A DNA stretch of 64,000 nt from positions 1-64,000 of the forward strand of contig JAXGOZ010000003.1 in NCBI GenBank assembly GCA_040767255.1. The letters are read 5' to 3'. The notes under the pieces were generated by a model that was not told the DNA's origin, searched no databases, and saw nothing but the letters and a program-made list of their open reading frames with translations. The stretch is from Caldisericia bacterium (lineage in GTDB: Bacteria; Caldisericota; Caldisericia; UBA6126). The translations under genes were made by a program, and so were the position numbers. This document shows positions 1 through 12,947 of this stretch, one piece after another (the first letter of the stretch is position 1; the number at the start of each line of letters is the position of its first letter).

Positions 1-273
1 AATGAAAGGTGCAAACCGATCACCGTGTTCCCCCAAGATAGAGCGAATAAATGATCGCAGGGCGAGATATACAATTTCACCAAATATTGCCAGTGATTTT
101 GGTTTCCCCTTTTTTACTGCTATTCCTAGTAGTATGAATAATAACAGAAAGATAAAGCCTGCGACAAATGAAGCTACGAGGGTAGAAGAAAAACAAAATG
201 TAAATCCAGCAATTTCAATTTGAAATATGGGTCGAATCGAATGCTGAATAATTTCTTGTAATGATTCTTTCAT
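1..273 (-). CDS. atpB: F0F1 ATP synthase subunit a (atpB), N-terminal part; gene runs off the window start
   Basis: Reverse-strand ORF starts at the ATG at 273..271 and is open to position 1. The translation MKESLQEIIQHSIRPIFQIEIAGF...LAIFGEIVYLALRSFIRSILGEHGDRFAPFI has the subunit-a N-terminal pattern (hydrophobic helix, then the ...F.PF motif). A small membrane ORF lies immediately upstream, as atpI does. Confidence 0.55.
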   Translation of the reverse strand, partial: MKESLQEIIQHSIRPIFQIEIAGFTFCFSSTLVASFVAGFIFLLLFILLGIAVKKGKPKSLAIFGEIVYLALRSFIRSILGEHGDRFAPFI

Positions 274-563
274 GAAATAGCATCTCGTTTTTTACTTTGG
301 ATTTTTAACCATATCAGCATACAGCCTACGGTTAGAATTGACGTCACAAAAGATACAATCCAATAGAATAAATGAACTAGACCAGGTAAAAATAAAAGCA
401 CAGCACAAATAAAAGGAAAAAACACCTGGAACCAGGAAAACATTTTTCTCTGTGCAATATTTCTTTGGATTGCCCTGTAATAAATTTTACTGGCAAAAAA
501 AGTCACAAGAAAACCGTACAAAACAGATAAAGCAATGTAAATCCAAAATAGTTGATTTGTCAT
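270..563 (-). CDS. small 97-aa multi-TM membrane protein, possibly ATP synthase protein I (AtpI/AtpZ family)
   Basis: Hydrophobic 97-aa ORF. Its stop overlaps the atpB start (ATGA-type junction), the usual atpI position. Confidence 0.4.
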   Translation of the reverse strand: MTNQLFWIYIALSVLYGFLVTFFASKIYYRAIQRNIAQRKMFSWFQVFFPFICAVLLFLPGLVHLFYWIVSFVTSILTVGCMLIWLKIQSKKRDAIS

Positions 564-687
564 ATTTGTTAACCTAACAAACTTCTATTGTATTCCTCTA
601 GCTCAATTGTCAAATGAAAAAAATGAAAATTCACCCGACTTATTTTGCTTTATATCGGTGGCTCCTTTCATATACTAGTAGAAGTAA

Positions 688-3245
<2,558 letters not shown>

Positions 3246-3253
<8 letters not shown>

Positions 3254-3500
3254 AGTAACCATTAATGTGGATCCTAAGAAAGATATTTTAGATCCTCAAG
3301 GAAAGACTGTTCAACACGCCCTTCTCAATCTTGGATATACAGCCATCCAACAAGTTCGAATTGGTAAACATATTGTCATTTTGTTAGAGACATCCTCCAA
3401 GGAAGAAGCGCAATCAATTGCAGAGAAAATGTGTAACGACTTGTTATCCAATCCGCTTACTGAGCAATATTCTGTAGAAGTAGAACCATGCGTAGAGTAG
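3246..3500 (+). CDS. purS: phosphoribosylformylglycinamidine synthase subunit PurS
   Basis: 84 aa, MYKVTINVDPKKDILDPQGKTVQHALLNLGY matches the PurS family. Sits between purB and purQ. Confidence 0.85.
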
Positions 3501-4159
3501 GAGTTGTCATATTCCCAGGATCGAATTGTGATTTGGATGCAATTCGAGCAGTACAAGATATTATGAAAGCAGAGGCTGTTCCACTATGGCATCAGGACTC
3601 TACCCTTTCTGTCGATGCAGTCATACTACCTGGTGGTTTTTCATATGGAGATTACCTCAGGCCCGGTGCTATAGCATCGCATTCTCCTATCATGCAAGCA
3701 GTAAAACGTTTTGCATCCGGTGGCGGACCTGTGATTGGCATTTGCAACGGTTTTCAAATTTTAACAGAAACTGGATTGTTACCTGGTACTCTTCTAAGAA
3801 ACACGACTACCCGATTTATATCCAAAGACATACCCCTTGTTGTATCTTCAAATCAAACACCCTTTACCAGACATTTCCAAGTTGGACAGCGTATCGTTTT
3901 CCCCATCGCTCATAAAGATGGCAACTACCAAGTGGATTCTGCTACCTTGCACACAATGACCAACAATCATCAAATTGTTTTTCAGTATGCAGAAAATCCA
4001 AATGGATCCATAGAGAATATTGCTGGAATAAGCAATCCCAATCGCAACGTAGTAGGGCTTATGCCCCATCCAGAAAGAGCTTTGTCCGAGTGGACAAGGA
4101 CAACAGATGGGATACAACTGTTTCAATCTTTGCAATCTTTTTTGGAGGAACAGAAATGA
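3488..4159 (+). CDS. purQ: phosphoribosylformylglycinamidine synthase glutaminase subunit PurQ
   Basis: The class-I glutamine amidotransferase motifs GICNGFQ and MPHPER are present. 223 aa. Confidence 0.9.
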   Translation: MRRVGVVIFPGSNCDLDAIRAVQDIMKAEAVPLWHQDSTLSVDAVILPGGFSYGDYLRPGAIASHSPIMQAVKRFASGGGPVIGICNGFQILTETGLLPGTLLRNTTTRFISKDIPLVVSSNQTPFTRHFQVGQRIVFPIAHKDGNYQVDSATLHTMTNNHQIVFQYAENPNGSIENIAGISNPNRNVVGLMPHPERALSEWTRTTDGIQLFQSLQSFLEEQK

Positions 4160-6299
4160 ATCCTCAGGTATTAAAAGAATTAAATTTAAACATCAATGAC
4201 TATCAAGAAATTGTCAAACGACTGAAAAAAGAACCAAAAATAGTAGAACTCGGTCTTTTTTCAGCTATGTGGAGTGAGCATTGTAGCTATCGTAGCAGCA
4301 AGAAATATCTATCCCAGCTTTACACTAAGGGAGAACAGGTTGTTCAAGGACCCGGTGAAAATGCAGGTGTAATAAGGCTAACCGATGACATATACCTTAC
4401 CTTTAAAGTTGAGAGTCACAACCACCCCTCTGCTGTGGAACCATTTCAGGGTGCAGCAACCGGTGTGGGGGGAATCATTCGAGATATTTTTACCATGGGG
4501 GCTAGACCTATTGCTGGCATGGATTCTCTACATTTTGATTATCCCAATTCCCCCCGGTCTAGATATCTTCTCAACGGCGTAGTAGAAGGAATTTCTTTTT
4601 ATGGCAATTGCGTCGGAGTTCCCACTATCGGTGGAGAAACTCATTTTGCTTCTTGTTATGACGAAAATCCATTGGTCAACGCTATGGTTGTTGGAGTATT
4701 GGATAAAACTAGCCTGCGAAAAAGTATTGCAAAAACGCCCGGCGGTAAAGTTATTTATTTGGGAGCAAAAACCGGCAGAGATGGTCTTCATGGAGCATCT
4801 TTTGCATCTGGCGTTTTAGACGAAGATCGAAAACAAAGAAAGGGAAGTGTTCAAGTTGGAGATCCTTTCTTAGAAAAACTCCTTATTGAAGCCACATTGG
4901 AAATCATTCGGGAAGATCTAATTGAAGCCATTCAAGATATGGGTGCTGCTGGCATTACAAGTTCTTCTGTTGAAATGGCCGGAAAAGGTGAACTTGGTAT
5001 TCGGATTGACCTTGATAAAGTCCCTCGACGAGAACCAGGAATTACTCCCATTGAAATCATGCTATCTGAATCTCAAGAAAGAATGCTTTTGATTGCAAAA
5101 AAAGGAGCAGAAAAAAGAATAGAAGAAATACTAAAAAAATGGGAGCTAGATTATGCTGAAATCGGGGTAATCACCGAAACAGGATGTATCGAAATCTTTA
5201 CTGGTGAAACATGTCACTGTAATGTCCCCATCAAGCTCCTTTTGGATCCTCCGGAAAACACAACTAAACCCATTCGTAACCCCCGCATTAAAACAATCGT
5301 CACGGATGTACCTACATATATCCCTGTTGAGAAAACTGAATCTGCACTGTTAGGCAAGCTCCAAGATCCAAATTTTGGGTCAAAGCATTGGATTCATGAC
5401 CAGTATGATTCCACTCTTTACGCTGGTACTGTAGAAAAACCAGGGGTAGGGCCCAGTTGTATCTATATTCATGGGACCGATCATTATGTAGGCATGACGC
5501 TTTTAAGTAGAGGTGACATGTGTTCCATCGATCCGTATGAAGGCGCAAAAACAGTTTGTTCCATTGCAGCAAGGCGTATTACTACATTGGGACTAACTCC
5601 TTGCGCAATTACAAATTGTCTAAATTTCGGTGATCCTACACAAGAACATACAATGTGGAGTTTTCAGAGAGTATTAAAGGAATGAATGATGCATTATCTG
5701 TTTTTAAAATGCCCTGTAGTATCTGGTAATGTTAGTTTTTACAATGAGGGCGAGAAACAACGAATTTATCCAACTCTGTCATAGGAATGGTTGGTACAGG
5801 AAAACTATCTGCAAAACCATCCCTTTCCTTCCCAAAAGAAGGTTTAATCTGCGCAGTTGTTGGTAAAACAAAAAAAGAATATCTACAAACTGGATCAATA
5901 CCAAGAATTGACATATTGCTTGAAAAAAGAACACAGGATGTTGTTCGAAATCTGATATTACAATCCACCGTTTCAAGCTGTATTAGTATTGATCGGGGCG
6001 GTATTTGGATTGCTATGGTGAAGTCTATGCTTACTCACAATATCGGTCTTCATATCAATAGAATGTTTGAAGAGTTTACCCCAGCTTCTTTTCTGTTAAG
6101 TGAATCCAATAGTCGTTTTTTAATCACTTTTCCTGAACAGCAATTAAACACAATCCAGAAACAGCTGTTTGGAGTTGCTCCTCTGGATATTTTAGGAAAA
6201 ACAGTTAACAACATTTTTAAAATTGAAGATGTTGCTGAATTTTCCATTGACACAATCAAACAAATCCACCAAAAATCCTTTGCACAATACTTCCAATGA
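4156..6299 (+). CDS. purL: phosphoribosylformylglycinamidine synthase subunit PurL, with three closely spaced frameshifts between about 5678 and 5785
   Basis: The N-terminal ORF (real start MNPQVLKELN at 4156 with a GGAGG RBS and ATGA overlap with purQ) and the C-terminal ORF 5787..6299 both match PurL. The 35 aa in between (KGMNDALSVFKMP / VVSGNVSFYNEGEKQRIYPT) read only after shifting frame at an AAA run, a CCC run, and near 5775. Confidence 0.85.
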
Positions 6300-6306
6300 G
6301 GTGAAT

Positions 6307-6927
6307 ATGACAAAAAAGAATGTTGCAATTTTTATTTCTGGAAAAGGAAGCAATTTAGAAGCAATCCTTAAAAAACGCGACATGAGTTTTTTAGATTGTA
6401 ATATCCCATTTGTTTTAGCAAACCGAAAAGATGCAAAAGGACTACAAATTGCCAAAGAACACGGTATTCAAACCTACATTGTTGATCACCGCTGCTTTAC
6501 TTCCCGACAACTATATGAGGATAAGCTATTGGAAGTGATTCAGAAACACGCCATTGACATTATCGTGTTAGCAGGTTTTATGAGAATCTTATCTTCCCAT
6601 TTCATTCGTCATTTTGATGGTCCCATTCTCAATATTCATCCAGCATTGTTACCATCTTTTCCAGGATTAAATGCACAAAAGAGAGCACTGGAATATGGTG
6701 TCAAATTTGCTGGGTGTACAGTTCATTTGGTTACCGACAATGTGGATGCAGGACCGATTTTTGCACAAGAAATAATCCCTGTATTTAATGACGATTCCGA
6801 AGAATCGTTATCACTACGTATCCTTGAACGAGAGCACATTCTCCTTCCAGAAGTTTTGAGAATTGTTCTTGAAGGAAACTATGAAATCACGGGAAGGAGA
6901 GTTCTGATTTACGATGATAAAAATTAA
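6307..6927 (+). CDS. purN: phosphoribosylglycinamide formyltransferase
   Basis: MTKKNVAIFISGKGSNLEAIL plus the HPALLPSFPG motif. RBS GAGGTG. The track ORF extends upstream in frame, but the ATG at 6307 is preferred. Confidence 0.85.
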   Translation: MTKKNVAIFISGKGSNLEAILKKRDMSFLDCNIPFVLANRKDAKGLQIAKEHGIQTYIVDHRCFTSRQLYEDKLLEVIQKHAIDIIVLAGFMRILSSHFIRHFDGPILNIHPALLPSFPGLNAQKRALEYGVKFAGCTVHLVTDNVDAGPIFAQEIIPVFNDDSEESLSLRILEREHILLPEVLRIVLEGNYEITGRRVLIYDDKN

Positions 6928-8449
6928 GAATGCCCTTATCTCTGTTTCTGATAAAACAAACCTTGAATCAATTCTAGACGCTCTATCAAAAATGAGTGTT
7001 CAGATGTATGCCACAGAAAGCACCCATGCTTATATCGTAGAAAAAGGATATTCCTGTAAAAAAGTTGAGGAGTACACCCAATTTCCTCCCATTTTACATG
7101 GTCGAGTGAAAACTCTCCATCCTAGAATTTTTGGTGGAATTTTAGGAAGGACACGCGTTTCTTCTGAAGTAGAAGAAAACGAGAAACATCAAATCACGAA
7201 ATTTGATTTGGTTTGTGTCAACCTGTACCCCTTTTCTCAGGCACATCAAAAACAATCTTTGGAAGAAAAATTAGATCTTATCGATATTGGGGGAGTTTCT
7301 CTTCTACGGGCTTCCGGTAAAAACTATCTTGAATGTGTTACCCTATCAGATCCATCACAATACGAAAGTTTTCTTTCCGAATACTTTAACCACGAAGGCT
7401 GTGTTACCGAAGAGTTTTCTTCTCAATGTATGATTCAATCATTTTTACACACAAGCCTGTATGATGCCAGTATTGTGGAAGAGTTCACAAATCATGAAGT
7501 TCAACCGATGTTCTTGAAAAAAATCCAGACACTACGATATGGAGAGAATCCCCACCAAAAGGCACATTTCTCTCAGCCAGTTTCAAGTTCATTTCAAGAA
7601 AGTTCTTTACCCTTAGGGTGCAAAAAAATTCATGGCAAAGAACTCTCTTACAACAATTTCATAGATATTGCACAGGGGCTCGATTTAATGGAAGAATATG
7701 GTCAAGATCAACCATCGTGTATTATTTTAAAACATACAAATCCATGTGGAGCAGCTAGTGCAGATGATCTACAAATTGCTTATGAATATGCTTACCAATG
7801 CGATCCTGTCTCAGCTTTCGGTGGAGTTTTTCTTTTCAATCAAACCGTTACTACCCGCATTGCAGAGCACATTCACTCCATTTTTGTTGATGTAGTGTGC
7901 GCACCTTCCTATTCTGAGGAAGCTCTTTCCATATTAACCAAAAAGAAAAATGTCCGAATTCTTCAACATATCCACAACGACTCTCTTTTCTATCACTTGC
8001 GTGATGCAGGAAATGGCATACTAGTTCAAGACAAAGATGGTGGATTGATTGATAACCTAGATGTTGTTTGCGGTAAAGAGCTATCTGAAAAAGAAAAAAG
8101 AGACATTCTTTTTGGTTTAAAAACAATCAAATATGTAAAATCCAATGCAATTCTTATCTGCAAGGACTTTCATACTCTTGGAATTGGTGGTGGACAACCA
8201 AATCGTGTAGATAGTTGTCGGCTAGCTTTATCAAGAGCAAAAGAACGATTTTGCAACAAAATTCATGGTAGTATACTTTGTTCAGATGCTTTTTTCCCCT
8301 TCCCAGATTCTATCACTGAAGCAGCTGAATACGGTATTGGTATCGTTGTAGAACCCGGTGGATCTATTCATGACCCACAGGTAATTGAAGAAGCAAAACA
8401 AAAAGGAATTACCCTAGTGTTTACAGGCCAAAGGCATTTTACCCATTAA
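6914..8449 (+). CDS. purH: bifunctional AICAR transformylase / IMP cyclohydrolase
   Basis: 511 aa with an MGS-like N-terminus (ISVSDKTNL, LYPF) and an AICARFT C-terminus. Confidence 0.9.
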   Translation: MIKIKNALISVSDKTNLESILDALSKMSVQMYATESTHAYIVEKGYSCKKVEEYTQFPPILHGRVKTLHPRIFGGILGRTRVSSEVEENEKHQITKFDLVCVNLYPFSQAHQKQSLEEKLDLIDIGGVSLLRASGKNYLECVTLSDPSQYESFLSEYFNHEGCVTEEFSSQCMIQSFLHTSLYDASIVEEFTNHEVQPMFLKKIQTLRYGENPHQKAHFSQPVSSSFQESSLPLGCKKIHGKELSYNNFIDIAQGLDLMEEYGQDQPSCIILKHTNPCGAASADDLQIAYEYAYQCDPVSAFGGVFLFNQTVTTRIAEHIHSIFVDVVCAPSYSEEALSILTKKKNVRILQHIHNDSLFYHLRDAGNGILVQDKDGGLIDNLDVVCGKELSEKEKRDILFGLKTIKYVKSNAILICKDFHTLGIGGGQPNRVDSCRLALSRAKERFCNKIHGSILCSDAFFPFPDSITEAAEYGIGIVVEPGGSIHDPQVIEEAKQKGITLVFTGQRHFTH

Positions 8450-8479
8450 ACGATTTCACTCCAGAGAAGGGAGTTAGCT

Positions 8480-9757
8480 ATGAAATACAATGTTTTAGTC
8501 TTAGGTAGCGGGGGCCGGGAGCATGCTCTTTGTTGGAAACTTTCACAAAGCCCTTTCATGGGAGATTTGCATTGTATACCTGGGAATGCTGGTATACAAG
8601 AAATTGCTACAATCCATACTGAACCCGATATTTTAAACTTTTCTGCTCTGGAAGCATTCTGTAAGAAAAACAACATCCAACTCATTGTTGTTGGGAAAGA
8701 GCTTCCTTTGGTACAAGGAATCAAAGATTATTTTGCTGACACAAACATACTCGTTTTCGGACCTTCTAGACATGCAGCAATGCTTGAAGGAAGTAAGATA
8801 TACACCAAAAATTTATTAACCAAATACAATATCCCTACCGCAGAATATCATACTTTTTTTAACAAGGATGATGCCCTATATCATCTTGAATCCATTGCAA
8901 AATATCCTGTTGTGGTAAAAGCAGATGGATTAGCACAAGGCAAGGGAGTTGTAATTGTACATACCAAGGAAGAAGCAGTAGCTTCTATCCTAGATATGAT
9001 GGAGCATAAGAAGTACAAACAAGCAGGTGAAAAAATTATTGTCGAAGAATACCTGGAGGGTAGAGAGGTTTCTTACCAAATGATTGTTCATGGAGATCAA
9101 TACTTCGAATGCATCCCCACACAAGACTATAAAAAAGCTTTAGAAGGTAATCAAGGTCCTAATACAGGGGGTATGGGAAGCATTGCACCAGCCCCATGGA
9201 TGAATGAAGAAATTTTAGGCAATATTCGAAAGGATATTGTTGAACCCCTTATGAATGCGCTGTATGTGGAGAACAACTCTTTTTCGGGAATTCTGTTTTT
9301 AGGACTCATGGTGAATGCTAAGAATCAACCTTCTGTTTTAGAGATTAATGTTCGATTTGGTGATCCTGAATCTCAGGTTTTACTTCCTCTCCTGGAAACT
9401 GATTTGTTGCCCCTCATGATCGACATTGCACAGGGTAAAAAAATTGACTCTTATTCAATGAATTGGAAAATCAACACCCATGCAACCTGTGTTGTTTTAA
9501 CCTCTAAAGGATATCCCGAAAGTTACTCAAAAGGGTATCCAATTCATGGACTAGATAGTGTATTGCAAGAAGACAATTGCGTATGTTTCCATGCTGGCAC
9601 AAAAATGGATGGGAACTCTGTAATCACCGATGGCGGTAGAGTTCTCAATATTGTCGGTATTGGGAAAAACCTGACGGATTCCACCAAAAAAGCATATGAG
9701 GTTGCTGATAAGATCAGTTTTGAGGGAAAAACATCTCGATCAGATATTGGAAGCTAA
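8480..9757 (+). CDS. purD: phosphoribosylamine--glycine ligase
   Basis: MKYNVLVLGSGGREHALCWKL is the classic PurD N-terminus, with an ATP-grasp middle. 425 aa. Confidence 0.92.
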   Translation: MKYNVLVLGSGGREHALCWKLSQSPFMGDLHCIPGNAGIQEIATIHTEPDILNFSALEAFCKKNNIQLIVVGKELPLVQGIKDYFADTNILVFGPSRHAAMLEGSKIYTKNLLTKYNIPTAEYHTFFNKDDALYHLESIAKYPVVVKADGLAQGKGVVIVHTKEEAVASILDMMEHKKYKQAGEKIIVEEYLEGREVSYQMIVHGDQYFECIPTQDYKKALEGNQGPNTGGMGSIAPAPWMNEEILGNIRKDIVEPLMNALYVENNSFSGILFLGLMVNAKNQPSVLEINVRFGDPESQVLLPLLETDLLPLMIDIAQGKKIDSYSMNWKINTHATCVVLTSKGYPESYSKGYPIHGLDSVLQEDNCVCFHAGTKMDGNSVITDGGRVLNIVGIGKNLTDSTKKAYEVADKISFEGKTSRSDIGS

Positions 9758-9779
9758 CCGAATAGTCATTCTACAAGTA

Positions 9780-11110
9780 TTATGGGGTATCTTCCGGTAA
9801 TAAAGAGGTTTTTTTGTTTTTTACCTGCACGAAAAGTGCTGCTTCGATGCGTATTTTTTGAATATCACATCCCAATTCCCAGGGAGTAAAAAGGTTACCA
9901 TTCATCCTGTAGTTATTCGCAGAACACCCGCCTCCGCAAATGTACCGCGCCCAACATCGTTGACATATGGATTTTGATGAAATATTTGTCGATTGTTTAA
10001 AGGTTTCTACTACTTGAGGACGATTTACCCCTTGAAACACATCTCCGATTTTAAATGAAGGATTGTTGTCAAATTGATGGCAGGGGTACAATTCACCCGT
10101 GGGAGAAACGGATAGGTATTCTATTCCTGCTCCGCAGCTTGTCATCAATTTTTCTTTACAAGCTCCGTGTGTTAAATTAAGCTCAAAATGGTAAAATGAA
10201 AAACTAGGATCATTTCTCATAGTTTCAAGTACCCATGTAGATAATTGTTGGTACTCGTCCTTGATTTGTCTCATGTCTGGAGTTTTAAAACCGATTTCTT
10301 CTTGTTCCGACACTACTGGTTCAAAAGAGATTTTTTGAATTCCTTTGGAATAAAGATGTTGGATATCTTGTAAAAAATGGAGATTCTTTTTTGTATAAGT
10401 CCCGCGAACGTAATAGCCTTCATCCCATTTTTGAGCAATAGGAAGAATAGCATTCATCACATCTTCATAGGTTGGTTTTCCTTCTGAAGATATTCGGAAG
10501 CGGTTGTGATTGTCAGGAAGACCATCTTGGCTAAGAATAAGGCTGATATTGTGTTCATATAGATAATGAATAATCTCTGGGTTTAGCAAAGAAGCATTGG
10601 TCGTAAGAGAGAAACGGAATTTCTTCCCTGTTGAAGCAGTGATTCTTTGGGATAACTCGATTGCTTTTTGCACTTGTTCCCAAGCAAGAAGGGGTTCACC
10701 TCCAAAAAAATCACACTCTAGCACTTTCCGATTGCCACTGTTTTTTACTAGAAAATCAAAAGCTTTTTCAATAACGGGTGTCGACATCACTTCGTTATCG
10801 GAGTGAGACTTACCCTTCTCAAAACAATATGGACAACGGAAGTTGCATCCCCGAGTCATGATAAAACAAAGAGATTTATAGATACGCTGATCTACAAAAT
10901 GAACCTGTTCTTCGTAAAAAAAACCTTGGAAAGAAGGGCTTCAATATCCTGTATAATTTCTTCAGATGGATGACCTTCTTGGGTATCTTTCACATCTTTT
11001 GCAGAGCAAGAAAACACAGAATTGGAAGTTGGATCAAAAAGAAACCCTTCTTCATTCCATATGAAACAGTGTAAAAGACCTTTTTGTAATAGGTCTTTTA
11101 CCAAATCCAT
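9780..11110 (-). CDS. radical SAM/SPASM peptide maturase (SCIFF/ranthipeptide-type, CteB-like), split by one frameshift at an A8/T8 run (10916..10923)
   Basis: The 359-aa ORF carries CNFRCPYC (CX3CX2C rSAM cluster) plus C-terminal SPASM cysteines (CGAGIEY..PCHQF; CQRCWARYICGGGC). The 72-aa ORF 10892..11110 joins it in frame if the T-run is 9 rather than 8 (…SKVFF-YEEQVHFVDQRIYKSLCFIMTRGCNFRC). That gives about 446 aa with an N-terminal RRE-like domain, the expected size for this maturase family. Confidence 0.8.
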
Positions 11111-11268
11111 CGTGGGTTTGGTTTTTTTCGCTTTTCACAAGTTTGATTTCCAATCGTACAAGATGTTTTACATGCCGACTTGCAGGGTGTTTGGCATTCT
11201 CTGCAATTTGTCTCAGTATGATTGGAATCAAGCAATGTACCTAAAATTTCTAACTTTAATTTTTTCAT
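11098..11268 (-). CDS. SCIFF-type six-cysteine ranthipeptide precursor (56 aa); absent from the ORF track because it is under 60 aa
   Basis: Reverse-strand ATG at 11268 follows GGAGGTAATAACG. The translation is MKKLKLEILGTLLDSNHTETNCRECQTPCKSACKTSCTIGNQTCEKRKKPNPRWIW. Six Cys are spaced x2-x3-x3-x3-x6, which is the CGECQTSCQSACKTSCT(V/I)GNQ(S/T)CE signature of SCIFF peptides. It lies immediately 5' of the rSAM maturase and overlaps it by 11 nt. Confidence 0.8.
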   Translation of the reverse strand: MKKLKLEILGTLLDSNHTETNCRECQTPCKSACKTSCTIGNQTCEKRKKPNPRWIW

Positions 11269-11273
11269 CGTTA

Positions 11274-11888
11274 TTACCTCCGGATCGAATGTATTATAAC
11301 ATGTTTCACAAGATTTGCTTGTGAAATTGCTTCAAGGAAACTATCTCTTTGACTGGATGCAATCTCGAGTTCAATTTGAATATCTTCTCCATATTCAATA
11401 TGATTGCACTTTGCAACAAAGTTTTGACACAATCTCTCGAATACGTCATAAGCTGCATATTGAACTGATATGGATAAAATCTCCGTAGGAATGTACTCTT
11501 CCATTTCTGTATTGGACAAACTACACTTTCCTGCTTCTAAATACGCGGAATAAAGGCCTTTTTTACCCAGTTTTACACCACCGTAAAATCGCACTACCAC
11601 TATAGCTCCATTTGCGATATTATGGGTTTGCAACAAGGATAACAAAGGTATACCAGCTGTCCCATGTGGTTCTCCGTCATCTGACATTCTCTCAGAAATA
11701 CGAAAGCAAGAATCCACAATTCGATAAGCAAAGCAGTAGTGTGAAGCATTTCTATGATTCTGCTTTATGGAACGTAATGACTCCGAAAAGTCACCCTCTG
11801 ATTGGATAGAAAATGAAAAAGCATGGAAAGAAGACTTTTTGATAAGCAAAACTGCTTCTCCATTTTTGATGATCAGGATTCTTTTCAT
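11274..11888 (-). CDS. yigZ: YigZ / IMPACT family protein (UPF0029)
   Basis: GEPHGTAGIPLL is the family motif. Preferred start is MKRILIIKNG at 11888; the track ORF starts at a TTG inside the upstream hairpin. Its stop is 5 nt from the SCIFF start codon. Confidence 0.75.
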   Translation of the reverse strand: MKRILIIKNGEAVLLIKKSSFHAFSFSIQSEGDFSESLRSIKQNHRNASHYCFAYRIVDSCFRISERMSDDGEPHGTAGIPLLSLLQTHNIANGAIVVVRFYGGVKLGKKGLYSAYLEAGKCSLSNTEMEEYIPTEILSISVQYAAYDVFERLCQNFVAKCNHIEYGEDIQIELEIASSQRDSFLEAISQANLVKHVIIHSIRR

Positions 11889-11897
11889 ATTGATAAA

Positions 11898-11927
11898 GGA
11901 GCTGAACAAGCATACTTGTTCAGCTCC
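11898..11927 (-). terminator. perfect 13-bp inverted repeat (GGAGCTGAACAAG-cata-CTTGTTCAGCTCC) between oppC and yigZ; likely intrinsic terminator or attenuator for the opp transcript
   Basis: Stem-loop seen directly. The flanking T-tract is weak. Confidence 0.45.
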
Positions 11928-11948
11928 TTTGAATACATATTTTGATTG

Positions 11949-12926
11949 TTATTGTTTTAGTTTTGGATCTAAAGCATCTCGCAAACCATCCCCTAAGAAG
12001 TTGAAAGAGAGAATGGTTAAAAAGATCATCATTCCAGGCCATATAACAAGGTGTGGGGCATTCCACATGAAATTTTGTGCATTGGAAAGCATATTTCCCC
12101 ATGTAGGTTCTGAGGGATCAACACCTAAGCCCAAAAAGGATAGTGTAGATTCGGAAAGTATGGCTCCGCCAACCTTAAGAGTGATTTGGACAATAAGAAT
12201 AGCTAGGGTATTTGGAAGAATATGGCGAAATATAATACGAGAATTCGAGCATCCAATTGCTTTAGCTGCTTCAATAAACTCATATTCTTTGATTTGAAGA
12301 ACAAGTCCACGAATCATTCGTGCTGTAGGTGCCCATCCAAAGAAGACAAGAAGGCCTACGATATTCCAGATATTGGCTCCCCAGTAGGATGATAAAGTAA
12401 CAAGAATGGGTAATGTTGGAATAGAAAAGAATATTTCTACCAATCGCATGAGTAAAGAATCCACCCATCCACCGAAATATCCAGATATAGATCCGATGAT
12501 TCCACCAAATAGTCCTGCGGGTATTGCTACTAAAAAGCCGATCATAAGGGATGTTCGACCACCATAGAGAAGGCGTGTCCAAACATCTCTTCCAACGTCA
12601 TCAGTACCCAGGAAATGGCCTGGTGTAAAAGGTGGTAAAAAACGGAAATTAATGTCAGCAAAAGACGGATTTTGCTTCGATATCAATCCAGCAAAAATAG
12701 CTCCGATCAGCAGTAAAAGAACGATACAAGCTCCCGCAAAAGCCATTTTATGCTTGCGAAAGCGGATCCAAACCATTTGAGAATATGAGTATTGTTTTGC
12801 TGATCCCTGAATCTCGTCTTGCTCAAATTCTGGAACAGATGTGGGTTCTCCTCCCTCAACAGTAGGAATTACCACTTCTTCTTGATCCAAAGATGATTGT
12901 GTGTGTTTTTTATCTTGATCTACCAT
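11949..12926 (-). CDS. oppC: ABC transporter permease, oligopeptide/dipeptide OppC/DppC family
   Basis: 325 aa with a BPD_transp_1-type core and an N-terminal extension typical of OppC. Confidence 0.85.
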   Translation of the reverse strand: MVDQDKKHTQSSLDQEEVVIPTVEGGEPTSVPEFEQDEIQGSAKQYSYSQMVWIRFRKHKMAFAGACIVLLLLIGAIFAGLISKQNPSFADINFRFLPPFTPGHFLGTDDVGRDVWTRLLYGGRTSLMIGFLVAIPAGLFGGIIGSISGYFGGWVDSLLMRLVEIFFSIPTLPILVTLSSYWGANIWNIVGLLVFFGWAPTARMIRGLVLQIKEYEFIEAAKAIGCSNSRIIFRHILPNTLAILIVQITLKVGGAILSESTLSFLGLGVDPSEPTWGNMLSNAQNFMWNAPHLVIWPGMMIFLTILSFNFLGDGLRDALDPKLKQ

Positions 12927-12947
12927 GTTGTTATCTCCTTTCTCGCT

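Noticed and set aside
10892-11110. 72-aa ORF between the SCIFF peptide and the rSAM gene, possibly an independent small protein
   Set aside because: With one extra T in the T8 run at 10916..10923 it reads straight into the rSAM ORF (…SKVFF-YEEQVHFVDQRIYKSLCFIMTRGCNF…). The fused length, about 446 aa, matches SCIFF maturases, which have an N-terminal leader-binding domain. I treat it as the maturase N-terminus, not a separate gene.
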